A stretch of 64,000 nt of DNA from Gemmatimonadota bacterium (GTDB taxonomy: Bacteria; Gemmatimonadota; Gemmatimonadetes; Gemmatimonadales; GWC2-71-9), in contig JAZDCZ010000324.1 of the NCBI GenBank assembly GCA_036679605.1, forward strand, positions 64,001 through 128,000, in the 5' to 3' direction. The position numbers and the translations under genes were made by a program. Position 1 is the first letter of the stretch; each line of letters opens with the position of its first letter. The notes beneath the pieces were generated by a model, which saw only the letters and a list, made by a program, of their open reading frames with translations, was not told the origin of the DNA and made no database searches. Below are positions 39,636-48,456 of this stretch, piece after piece.

Positions 39636-39757
39636 CCTTATCGGTAACGGATCGGTGCTATATTGCGGCCGTCACATGTCTATTTCTTCAAGATCTACTT
39701 CACAAGGAAGCGCTCAAGGATGCGTTTTCTTGGCTTCAATGATGCTAGTCTGAACTC

Positions 39758-40447
39758 GTGTCTATCTCTGGGGGCAGTAGCCAGCCGGTCCTCGTAGCCA
39801 ACGGCGTCACTCGTCGCTTCGGACATCGTGTGGTGGTAGATGATGTCTCTCTGGATGTGAAGTGTGGCGATTCAATTCTCCTGATAGGGCACAATGGAGC
39901 TGGAAAGACAACTCTTCTCCGGCTCCTGGCCGGCCTTCTTCGGCCCAACGCCGGGACCGTGCGCAGAACGGGTACGATTGGGATGGTGGCGCACCAGTCG
40001 ATGCTCTACGATTCCCTCACCGCCAGGGAGAACCTCGCTTTTGCTGCGCGACTACATGGCGTAGTGAACACTGAACGAATCGACGAGGTGCTCGAGAGGC
40101 TAGGGATCATTCAGCATGGCGACCGCAGAGTAGGAATCTTCAGTAGGGGAATGGTGCAGAGGTTGGCCATCGCGAGGGCGCTACTGCCAGACCCTGAGCT
40201 TCTCTTACTGGACGAGCCGTTGACCGGTCTTGATGACGCAGCTTCGGCGATAGCGCGAGAGTTGGTGGCTGATCTGCGCTCGCATGGCAAGGCAGTTCTT
40301 ATCTCTACTCACCAGATAGTGGAATTAGTAGATCTCGTGTCGTCGGTTGGTTATCTCGTCAAGGGGAAGCTCGCCGCTTTCGAGCCCATAGATGGACGAG
40401 ATGGTACAGCCGTTATCGATCGGTATCGGGAACTGGCAAATGGGTAA
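39758..40447 (+). CDS. ccmA: Haem ABC exporter ATP-binding subunit
   Basis: GHNGAGKT, 'FSRGMVQR', 'LLLLDEP'; upstream of ccmB and ccmC. Confidence 0.88.
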   Translation: MSISGGSSQPVLVANGVTRRFGHRVVVDDVSLDVKCGDSILLIGHNGAGKTTLLRLLAGLLRPNAGTVRRTGTIGMVAHQSMLYDSLTARENLAFAARLHGVVNTERIDEVLERLGIIQHGDRRVGIFSRGMVQRLAIARALLPDPELLLLDEPLTGLDDAASAIARELVADLRSHGKAVLISTHQIVELVDLVSSVGYLVKGKLAAFEPIDGRDGTAVIDRYRELANG

Positions 40448-41123
40448 TTCCTTCTGGGGCACTGCGATGGCAGTGGCGAGCAAGGACTTGACCATTGAAT
40501 GGCGAACGCGAACAGCGTTTGCATCATCCATGGTTTTTGCTGTGTTGGTACTGGCGATTTTCTATCTCGCGCGCGATCCAACGGCTGTGGCGGCGATCGA
40601 CGTAGCCCCCGGGGCATTGTGGGTCACTTTCACCTTCTCAGCAATGCTCGGACTAAACAGGGCGTTTCTACTGGAGCGGGACAATCGTGCACTAGATGGC
40701 ATCTTGCTTAGTCCGGTATCACGCAACGCCGTGTTTCTTGGAAAACTGCTCGGCAACTTGGCCTTCGTTGGGGTCGTAGAACTCGTCTCGCTGCCACTTT
40801 TCGTATTGTTTTACAATCTGCCAATTTGGAGTCGACTACCGGCACTATTGGGGATAACAGCGATGGCGACGGTGGCGTTTGTCGTGGTTGGAACGTTGCT
40901 GAGTTCAATGGTTGTGCAGACTCGGTTTGCCGAGTTAATGCTCCCCATATTGCTATTACCATTCCTGCTGCCTCCCGTTGTCGCTGCAGTTCAACTCACA
41001 TCGCGCGTCTTGGTGGGGAGACCCTTGAGCGAGATGGCCGGATGGCTTAAGTTGCTCGCGGCCTTCGACATCATCTTTGTTGTTCTTTGCTTTCTACTTT
41101 TTGAGGCCACTCTCGAAGAATGA
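40440..41123 (+). CDS. ccmB: Haem exporter permease CcmB
   Basis: 'KDLTIEWRTR', 'APGALWV', 'MLPILLLP'. Confidence 0.9.
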   Translation: MGNSFWGTAMAVASKDLTIEWRTRTAFASSMVFAVLVLAIFYLARDPTAVAAIDVAPGALWVTFTFSAMLGLNRAFLLERDNRALDGILLSPVSRNAVFLGKLLGNLAFVGVVELVSLPLFVLFYNLPIWSRLPALLGITAMATVAFVVVGTLLSSMVVQTRFAELMLPILLLPFLLPPVVAAVQLTSRVLVGRPLSEMAGWLKLLAAFDIIFVVLCFLLFEATLEE

Positions 41124-41824
41124 CTCGACACGAGCGAGCACTAGCAATCTCCAAACGCGGTAGCATGATCACGGGTCTGGCCCTTCTTGGGCTGATCGGG
41201 ATCTACGTACGGGCGCTCGCCTTCACGCCGATTGAACGAATCCAGGGTCCAGCGCAGAAAATCTTCTACGTTCATGCTCCCGCGGCATGGTCGGCTCTGT
41301 TGGCCTTTGGTGTGACGGGTGTTGCGAGCCTGCTGTATCTGTGGCTAAGGGATCGCAAACTCGACATCATAGCAGCGTCGTCTGCCGAGATCGGCGTGGC
41401 TTTCTCAGTCATCATGCTCACTACGGGTCCGATCTGGGGTAGGGCGATCTGGGGCGATTGGTGGAGTTGGGATGCGCGCCTTACGTCAACACTCTTTATT
41501 TTCCTTCTGTTCATTGGATACTTGGTGTTACGCGACGCTCTTACCGATCCTGAGATGCGTGCCAGATATTCGGCGGTTATAGGTATCATGGCGCTCGTTC
41601 TCGTGCCGTTCATCCACATGACAGTTTACTTGTTTCGTACTCTACATCCGGCACCTGTTGTGATGAAGCCAAGCGCTCCCTCTATGCCCGGCAATATGTT
41701 GCTCACTCTGTTGTTGTCGTTCGCGGTATTTACTGTGCTCTATGTTGGCTTTCTTCTGCAGAGGTACGCCCTAGCTGTTTTGTCGGATGTGAAGGAGGAG
41801 ATTGAAAGTGGGATACCCGGATAA
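41120..41824 (+). CDS. ccmC: Haem exporter CcmC
   Basis: 'IFYVHAP', WWD motif 'WGDWWSWDARLT', 'RTLHP'. Confidence 0.92.
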   Translation: MTRHERALAISKRGSMITGLALLGLIGIYVRALAFTPIERIQGPAQKIFYVHAPAAWSALLAFGVTGVASLLYLWLRDRKLDIIAASSAEIGVAFSVIMLTTGPIWGRAIWGDWWSWDARLTSTLFIFLLFIGYLVLRDALTDPEMRARYSAVIGIMALVLVPFIHMTVYLFRTLHPAPVVMKPSAPSMPGNMLLTLLLSFAVFTVLYVGFLLQRYALAVLSDVKEEIESGIPG

Positions 41825-41918
41825 CGGCGGTTATATGATAGCCGCATATGTAATTACGGCAGTGGTAGTAGTCGCATATGCCGTGTCTCTGCTAATCAGG
41901 ATCAAGAAGGTGGGCTAG
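41808..41918 (+). CDS. ccmD: CcmD-like small membrane protein (36 aa)
   Basis: AGGAGGAG RBS, GTG 41808: MGYPDNGGYMIAAYVITAVVVVAYAVSLLIRIKKVG*; 'YxxAAY' plus one TM and a basic tail, directly after ccmC; not in the ORF track. Confidence 0.8.
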   Translation: MGYPDNGGYMIAAYVITAVVVVAYAVSLLIRIKKVG

Positions 41919-41949
41919 AGGAAAAGTCCCCGCTAGCCCACCTATTTCA

Positions 41950-42630
41950 CTATCCCTTTTTGGGCAACAGCAATCCCGCCCACAATCCAGCGGCTATGGC
42001 CCCTCCGAGCAGCGGTCCCACCCAGTAAGCAGCATGTCCTTCGAAGTCCATTGCAACCATTGCAGGTCCAAACGCTCTGGCGGGATTCATGGCGGCTCCA
42101 GTGAGGGGGCCGCCGACCAAGATGTCGAACAGGAGAACCAGCCCAATTCCGAAACCACCGACTTTTGGTGCATCGTCCGAAACGGCAGTGCCAAATACGG
42201 CGCTCACCAGGAAAAACGTCAGGATCGCTTCTATCGCGATGGCCTGCACCATACTGACCTCGGAGGCAATCTTGGGCGTACCGTAGCTCGCGAGTTCACC
42301 GGCTATTGACGGAAGAAGCGCGCGTACCAACAGGGCCGCAGCGACAGCGCCAAGAAGTTGCGCTACCACATACATGCCCGCGAGCTTGCCGTCGATTTTC
42401 TTGGCTAGGAAGAGGGCCAATGTGACAGCCGGGTTGGCGTGTCCACCGGATATGTTCATCGTGGCGGTGACCATGATCGATAGAACTAGGGCGTGGGCCA
42501 GTGCGACGCCTACGAGGCCCAGTGCACCCCCCGTGTGACTGTCCATTACCACGGCTCCGCCACCAATGAAAATCAGTCCAAAAGTTGCAAGGAATTCCGC
42601 CGCCAACGGGCGTGTGGCCGTCGTGTTCAT
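41950..42630 (-). CDS. MIP family channel (aquaporin)
   Basis: 'ISGGHANPAVT' and 'GAAMNPARAFGP' NPA motifs. Confidence 0.93.
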   Translation of the reverse strand: MNTTATRPLAAEFLATFGLIFIGGGAVVMDSHTGGALGLVGVALAHALVLSIMVTATMNISGGHANPAVTLALFLAKKIDGKLAGMYVVAQLLGAVAAALLVRALLPSIAGELASYGTPKIASEVSMVQAIAIEAILTFFLVSAVFGTAVSDDAPKVGGFGIGLVLLFDILVGGPLTGAAMNPARAFGPAMVAMDFEGHAAYWVGPLLGGAIAAGLWAGLLLPKKG

Positions 42631-42662
42631 TAAGTCTGTCTCCATTTCAAGTGGTTGCCGGC

Positions 42663-43895
42663 TCAGGTTCGTCTGAACACGAGCGTCGCATTGATTCCGC
42701 CGAACCCGAACGAGTTGGAAATCGCGACTTCTGGTCGCGCTTCCAAGCCCCCGTTTGCCAGATAGCAAATGTCGCACTCGGGATCGGGATCATCGAGGTT
42801 GAGAGTCGGCGGTAGCCATCCGCGCGACATTCCCAGAGCGCACACGCTCGCCTCTATCGCTCCACTCGCGCCGAGTGGATGTCCATAGTAGCTCTTTGTT
42901 CCGCTAGCTGCCAGACGGTAGGCATGGTCTCCGAACACCTTCTTGATTGCGAGTGTCTCGGCGCGGTCGTTGAGCTGAGTCGAAGAGCCGTGTGCATTTA
43001 TGTACTCGACGTCGGTTGGCTCTACCTTGGCATCGTCTAGGGCCAGCCGCATGGTTCGGGCGGCCTCTCTCGCGTCCGGTAGCGGTGCGGTAATGTGGTG
43101 GGCATCGTTGGTAACAGCGTATCCGATTAGTTCAGCGTAAAGCTTGGCGCCACGAGCTAAGGCTCGATCCTTTCTCTCGAGCACCAGTACTGATCCTCCC
43201 TCACCCATGACGAAGCCATCTCTGTTTGCGTCAAATGGTCTCGATGCTCGTTCGGGTTCGTCATTGCGCTTGGACATTGCGCGGATGATAGCGAATGCCC
43301 CGAAACAGAGCGGGGCTAGCGGGGCCTCCGCACCTCCGACCAACATTATGTCTGCCTGACCGGAGCGTATGATGTGAAATCCATCGCCCACAGCGATCGT
43401 GCCGGAGGCACACGACATTGCATTAGTGGAGTTGGGGCCCGTGATACCGAATTCGATCGCGATATTGCACGAGACCGCACCGCTGAAGACCGAAAGGGCA
43501 AGAGTTGGGGACACCGCCCGCAAGCCACCACTTATGTAAAGTTCCGACTGTCGCTCAGCGAACGCTATGCCTCCCAATGCCGAGCCCATCATCACGCCGA
43601 CCCGATCCATTTTTTCCTGAGACAGGTCGAGCCCCGAATCTTCAAGGGCAAGGCGGGCAGACGCAACACCGAACTGAGAGAATCGATCGAAACGGCGGAC
43701 CGCTTTCCTCGAGAGATGGTCCTCTGGGTGAAAATCGTTTATCTCGGCTGCAACGCGACTATTGAACGGAGATGGATCGAACCTGGAAATTGCACGTACG
43801 GCCGAGCGTTTAGCTATGAGTCCTCTCCAGAACTGATCAACTCCGATACCTATGGGCGTAACAGTGCCGAGGCCCGTGATCACAACCTCAGTCAC
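42663..43895 (-). CDS. Beta-ketoacyl synthase (FabF / type II PKS KS-like)
   Basis: 'VVITGLG', catalytic 'SCASG', 'NAHGSST', 'GHPLGA', 'SNSFGFGG'; GTG start overlaps the SRPBCC stop. Confidence 0.9.
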   Translation of the reverse strand: MTEVVITGLGTVTPIGIGVDQFWRGLIAKRSAVRAISRFDPSPFNSRVAAEINDFHPEDHLSRKAVRRFDRFSQFGVASARLALEDSGLDLSQEKMDRVGVMMGSALGGIAFAERQSELYISGGLRAVSPTLALSVFSGAVSCNIAIEFGITGPNSTNAMSCASGTIAVGDGFHIIRSGQADIMLVGGAEAPLAPLCFGAFAIIRAMSKRNDEPERASRPFDANRDGFVMGEGGSVLVLERKDRALARGAKLYAELIGYAVTNDAHHITAPLPDAREAARTMRLALDDAKVEPTDVEYINAHGSSTQLNDRAETLAIKKVFGDHAYRLAASGTKSYYGHPLGASGAIEASVCALGMSRGWLPPTLNLDDPDPECDICYLANGGLEARPEVAISNSFGFGGINATLVFRRT

Positions 43896-44347
43896 ATCAA
43901 CTCCGCTTTCTGCTTGACGCCTACTAACGTGAGCGAGGCGATTCCGTGAATGAACACAGGTCCGATTAAGCAATTGGCCACAGCAGCTCCTAGAAGAGGC
44001 ACGGGAAGTCCGGTCCAACGATGAGTTATCGTGATTCGAACCTCGCTATTTTCGGTCGCGAGCTTCCACTCCACGTCCATGCCCCGTGTTATGCCACGTA
44101 CGTGTTCGTAGCGGATGACGTTTTCCTCATGGTCGACGCTCATGCGGGATTGCCACCATGTCGGATAGCGCAGTGGTCCGAACGGTCGCCAAGCGGCCAT
44201 CTCGACCAGGCATCCGTGGGAGGTCCGTTCGAGCACGCGTACCCAGCGGTAGTGCTCCAGGAATTCCGGCCATTTTTCTACGTCTACCGCAGTAGCAAAC
44301 ACCCGCTCGATGGGAGCACGTACAGAAACTCGATCGACCGTCTCCAT
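43892..44347 (-). CDS. SRPBCC/polyketide cyclase (aromatase-like) protein
   Basis: 'VRAPIERVF...DVEKWPEFL', 'GMDVEW'. Confidence 0.8.
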   Translation of the reverse strand: METVDRVSVRAPIERVFATAVDVEKWPEFLEHYRWVRVLERTSHGCLVEMAAWRPFGPLRYPTWWQSRMSVDHEENVIRYEHVRGITRGMDVEWKLATENSEVRITITHRWTGLPVPLLGAAVANCLIGPVFIHGIASLTLVGVKQKAELM

Positions 44348-44348
44348 C

Positions 44349-45038
44349 TCACGCTCTCCAGGCGGCAACAAGCCGATAGCCGGGACGGCGGTAAACTTGA
44401 GTATCCAATCCGGCGGCAGTCAGCAGGGATTTCAGTTCGGATGGCGAAAATCCCCTGCGGACAGATATGACCGCGTCATGCCGGGTGGTGGGATGGAAAC
44501 GTAGTAGCAAAGATGCCAGCCAAATCCCGGTTGCGGCTATGTGGGAGCGTTCGAGGTCTGCGACGACGATTCCGCGACGTGCGATGCGCACGCACTCTCG
44601 CAGTATGCCTACCGCAGCAGATCGAGTGAAGTGATGAAGCAACTGGCTCACAACGACGATATCGGCACAGCGGTCCGTCAGAGGAATTGAGCCGACATCG
44701 GCCACGAAGGACCTAAGACCTCTGTCACGACACATTCGAGCCGATTCCCGATGGACGTCTAGAGTAATGCAGTTCAACCTCACACAGTATCGGCTAGTTT
44801 GATGGTTCAAGTACTCAACAATGTCCCCGCTGCCGGCTCCGGCATCGAGCAAGGTGAACTCTTGAACGGCCTTCGTTCCGTTAAGCAGCCTCTTCACTCC
44901 GTAGGCAACGGCCGCGCGGCCTCCAAACAACTGATTCGCGCGAGTAATGTCGTGCAACGTAGCCCGAGCAAGCTTGGGATCGCATTCAGCACTATCTAGC
45001 GCCTCCTGCCCAATCCGTGAGATCTTGCTTGACGTCAC
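44349..45038 (-). CDS. SAM-dependent methyltransferase
   Basis: 'EALD', 'LLDAGAGSGD', 'LLHHF', 'VADLERS'; GTG 45038 overlaps the flavin reductase TGA. Confidence 0.85.
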   Translation of the reverse strand: MTSSKISRIGQEALDSAECDPKLARATLHDITRANQLFGGRAAVAYGVKRLLNGTKAVQEFTLLDAGAGSGDIVEYLNHQTSRYCVRLNCITLDVHRESARMCRDRGLRSFVADVGSIPLTDRCADIVVVSQLLHHFTRSAAVGILRECVRIARRGIVVADLERSHIAATGIWLASLLLRFHPTTRHDAVISVRRGFSPSELKSLLTAAGLDTQVYRRPGYRLVAAWRA

Positions 45039-45489
45039 TTCAAAGTCGGCATCGCTCGGTAGCGACCCTGGTAGTGTAGAAGCGGTCGGCGATCGAACGT
45101 CGTGCCACCCGAGACTCGGCCCAAAAAAATAGTGTGATCTCCGGCGGCCAACGCCTTCCAAGGCTCACATAAGATGTGTGCGACAACATTGTCTAGTAGT
45201 CGAACGCCGTGTGGACCGTCCTTGTAGCGAACATCGTGGAATCGCAGTGAGGACTCAGCTGCGAATTGTCGCGCGAAGCTCGTTTCATGACGACGTGAAG
45301 AGGGTCGCTGTGGTTAACGCATACCGAGATCAAAGGTGGTTCCAGTGAAACGGCGGTTACGGCGGTGGCTGTCATTCCCGCCACGCTCCCTTGGCCATCC
45401 GTGGCGGTAATCACGCTGACGCCCGAGGCAAAATTGCCCATTAACTTACGGAAGTCGGACGGCGTCGCGGATAGCTTTGCTTCGGTCAT
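45035..45489 (-). pseudogene. Flavin reductase family gene, frameshifted by an internal deletion
   Basis: N-half 'FRKLMGNFASGVSVIT...SLEPPL' in one frame; C-half 'ARQFA...AGDHTIFLGRV...PLLHYQGRY..K*' in another; junction about 45271-45275. Confidence 0.85.
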
Positions 45490-46691
45490 CGCACCAGCTG
45501 CCAGAAAAATTGTGGACGAAGTACCTGGTGGGGCGGGACGAAATCCCCCGCAACTCCGATTAAGATGTCTGCAAGTCGTTGCTTGGCGGCAAGACGGCGG
45601 GCAACGTGATTGAGGGCCGCAGGATGTCCCACAAACCAGCTCACCAGGCGCTCTACCTTCCACTTCCCACCAAATTCGCTTCGACGAATAGTATCGTAAT
45701 GTGCCAGGTCGGACGCCTGCAATCTATCAGTTTCGAGTGCGGTAGCCGCCACCTCGGACGCCAACTCGGCTCCCCGCAGTGCTGCGAAGATTCCCTCGCC
45801 CGTAAAGGGATCATAAAAATCTGCGGCGTCGCCCACCAGTAGAACCCGATCGGCACATGCAGTCGTCGTGTAGCGCGCGAACGGACCCGCCCCACGTACT
45901 GGGGAAATGAACTGCGCTTTGGCCAATCGGTGGCTTACCGCGGGGAAGAATCGACGTAGGATGTCGCATACTACGGAGACCGACGCCCCCGGTACCGTAA
46001 TGCGCGTGACGTCCACCACGAGCGCGACGTTTGTAACGTCACCGCCGAGCGGAGCAAGGCCCACATATCCGATTGGAGCAACATGCATCTCGCCGACGTC
46101 TCGCATTCCGCCTACGTTGCGGGCGTGGGTTACTAGAGCAATGCGACGCAACTTACCTCGCCTGCCCACGCGCAATTCGCTGGCTATACGAGAGTGCAGA
46201 CCGTCGGCTCCCACAATGAGACGGCCCGAAATCACAAACGCACGTCGCCCGCTGCGGAGCAGTAACTGGCGGGAACTACCGGCTGGCCCCAGACGCTCGA
46301 CAGTAGCACTCTCCAGCAAGGTGGCTCCACTCTTGACGGCGAACTCGGCGAGGCACGCGTCCAGCACCGTCCTCGAGAGCGCTAGTCCATGGTCGGTGTA
46401 GGGGCGAAAGCCGTGAGATCCGTCGAACCATCCGGTGAACGAGGTTCCGTCAGCGGCGACTATTTGCATTCCACTTAGTTTGTTGGGCGACTGACGCATC
46501 AGGAGTTCGGTAGCACCCAGGTGGTCGATAATCTTGGATATCTGAGGACTCAGGTATTCGGCGCACGGCTTCGTTCGAGGAAACTCATGGCGTTCCACCA
46601 GGGCAATGTGGAAGCCTCGTTGGGCCAGAAAGGCTGCCGTTGCGCTGCCCCCCGGTCCTGCTCCGACTACGATAGCATCATAGGTTTGCAT
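45486..46691 (-). CDS. NAD(P)/FAD-dependent oxidoreductase (geranylgeranyl reductase-like family)
   Basis: 'VVGAGPGGS', 'FPRTKPCAE', 'VGADG', 'LVGDAA..DPFTGEGI'. Confidence 0.88.
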   Translation of the reverse strand: MQTYDAIVVGAGPGGSATAAFLAQRGFHIALVERHEFPRTKPCAEYLSPQISKIIDHLGATELLMRQSPNKLSGMQIVAADGTSFTGWFDGSHGFRPYTDHGLALSRTVLDACLAEFAVKSGATLLESATVERLGPAGSSRQLLLRSGRRAFVISGRLIVGADGLHSRIASELRVGRRGKLRRIALVTHARNVGGMRDVGEMHVAPIGYVGLAPLGGDVTNVALVVDVTRITVPGASVSVVCDILRRFFPAVSHRLAKAQFISPVRGAGPFARYTTTACADRVLLVGDAADFYDPFTGEGIFAALRGAELASEVAATALETDRLQASDLAHYDTIRRSEFGGKWKVERLVSWFVGHPAALNHVARRLAAKQRLADILIGVAGDFVPPHQVLRPQFFWQLVR

Positions 46692-46725
46692 TCATATCCT
46701 GGTACGGTTCCGATGTTCGTGCTTG

Positions 46726-47502
46726 CTACAGTAGTGACCAACAAGCTAATGAGATGAAGCCTCCAACTCCGGTCGCGACGAAGTTGACGCCATCGTTGTT
46801 AATCACGCTCCAGCCACGAACCTGTCTGGAGAGTCGACCGCAGGTGTGTCGAGGTCGCTCACACCACGTGTCACAAGAATCGCAGCGATAGGATCCTTGG
46901 ATCGTGGCGCCGAGCAGAGAATCGACCGTCATTCCTGCGAGGCCTCCTGCTAACGCTGCAAAGGCGGTGGCGGCTGCAACGCCGACCAGCATTGAAAGCC
47001 CGGCCATAGCGCTGACGCCGGCTAGACCACCCAGTGTGCCCAGAAGAGTGACCCCGCCCGATGTTCCCGGCTGGACCTCCCGTCCTGTTGAGAGAAGGCG
47101 CGGTGGACGAGTGGAAAATGCCCCGATCTCAGTTGCCCAAGTATCTCCTTGAGCTGCCGCGAGAGCGCCGGTTAGGAGTGGCCAGCCGCCATCCGGGTAG
47201 GGAATTCCTATCAGGACCGCTCCAACGGCTGCCCATAACCCGTTCGCGATGACCTGGCTGGCGTCGCGGCCCGCCGTCGAGGGATTGCCAGGTACCGGTC
47301 GGAGTGAATGAGAGGCTCTGGTAAGGAGGCTGCTGGAAACGAAGAAGAGGGTTAGTAGGCTGGCCCCGCCCACGCTGGCGCCCGCGAAAATTGCAGTCCC
47401 GATCAGGGCAGCTGCGATCGCTCCACCGGTTGTTAGCCACCTGATTGTACGGCCGATCACTGCGAGTGTCCCCGCAAGTGCTCCGGCTACGGCAAGGGTC
47501 AC
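46726..47502 (-). CDS. DUF92 family membrane protein
   Basis: 'GRDASQVIANG', 'DTWATEIG', 'PGTSGGVT..GT', 'DSLLGATIQ', Cys cluster, 'NDGVNF'. Confidence 0.88.
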   Translation of the reverse strand: MTLAVAGALAGTLAVIGRTIRWLTTGGAIAAALIGTAIFAGASVGGASLLTLFFVSSSLLTRASHSLRPVPGNPSTAGRDASQVIANGLWAAVGAVLIGIPYPDGGWPLLTGALAAAQGDTWATEIGAFSTRPPRLLSTGREVQPGTSGGVTLLGTLGGLAGVSAMAGLSMLVGVAAATAFAALAGGLAGMTVDSLLGATIQGSYRCDSCDTWCERPRHTCGRLSRQVRGWSVINNDGVNFVATGVGGFISLACWSLL

Positions 47503-47762
47503 TCGTCCTCGAGTTGGTCACCCGTGAGCAGGATTTGCTCGAAGATCTGTCGCCTAAGGTGCTCGGGAGCCTTACGTGCTTGTGTTCGCGCCGACAAGAA
47601 TCTGATGTATGTCTCTTCGAAATTGAAGAGAGAAAAGCAAGGCGCGCAGTCATTCAGGTGTTCGCGCACCGTTTGTTCAATCTCGGGCGTCAGTTCTCCG
47701 TCTAAGTAATCGTAGAGACGCCCAGCTGCTTTGTGGCAGTCCATGCGAGGCTCTTCTTTCAT
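47499..47762 (-). CDS. Zinc-binding anti-sigma factor (zf-HC2/RsrA-like)
   Basis: 'LYDYLDGEL', HxxxCxxC 'HLNDCAPC'; overlaps the sigma stop. Confidence 0.88.
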   Translation of the reverse strand: MKEEPRMDCHKAAGRLYDYLDGELTPEIEQTVREHLNDCAPCFSLFNFEETYIRFLSARTQARKAPEHLRRQIFEQILLTGDQLEDE

Positions 47763-48325
47763 CGCGAGACCGCCTTGATGTAGCCCATCTCTACTGCGTA
47801 GTCGTACAGTAGCTGCTGTAGGGCCTGGCGAGCGCGAAACAGCCGTGACTTGACGGTGCCAATCGGCACGCCGGTGACCTCCGCGATCTCCGCGTACGAC
47901 AACTGCTCCACATCACTGAGAACAAGAGTCTCACGAAATTCGTCGGGGAGAGAGTCGATAGCTCTGAGTACTTCGTCATCGACGATCTGATTGAAAAAAG
48001 TGCCCTCAGGGTCAGCGTCCTGGACCTCAGCGAAGACATGGAATTCCTCTATTTCACCAATGTCCACCGTCGATCCGGTACGCCGCGCTTTGCGGTATTC
48101 ATTTATGAATGTGTGTCTTAGGATCGTCAGTAGCCAAGCTCGAACATTTGTGCCGCTCTTGTACTGGTGCCACGAACGAAACGCCTTGAGCATGGTCTCT
48201 TGTGTTAGGTCGTCGGCCTGGGCCTCCTCTCCGGAGAGCCGCAGAGCGACTCGATATACAGTGTCAAGATGCGGCAACGCCTCGGCCTCGAACGCGGCTC
48301 GCCTATCCTCTGGTGGAGTTGCCAT
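47759..48325 (-). CDS. ECF RNA polymerase sigma factor (SigH/SigR-like)
   Basis: 'ADDLTQETMLKA', 'RAWLLTIL', 'SYAEIAE..GVPIGTVKSRLFRAR'. Confidence 0.93.
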   Translation of the reverse strand: MATPPEDRRAAFEAEALPHLDTVYRVALRLSGEEAQADDLTQETMLKAFRSWHQYKSGTNVRAWLLTILRHTFINEYRKARRTGSTVDIGEIEEFHVFAEVQDADPEGTFFNQIVDDEVLRAIDSLPDEFRETLVLSDVEQLSYAEIAEVTGVPIGTVKSRLFRARQALQQLLYDYAVEMGYIKAVSR

Positions 48326-48456
48326 TTATGTGGCCTCCGGGGCGGCCGGTTCCAAGACCACAGTCATCAGATGTGTCATGAACATATTGACGAACAATCG
48401 CTCTCCGCTCGGGATAATGCAACGGTATCTAGCAGATCCTTGATGTACGGACTAAC

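Noticed and set aside
45193..45663. 156-aa ORF from the track
   Set aside because: It joins out-of-frame upstream sequence to the flavin reductase N-half and a frameshifted tail; better explained as the pseudogene at 45035-45489.
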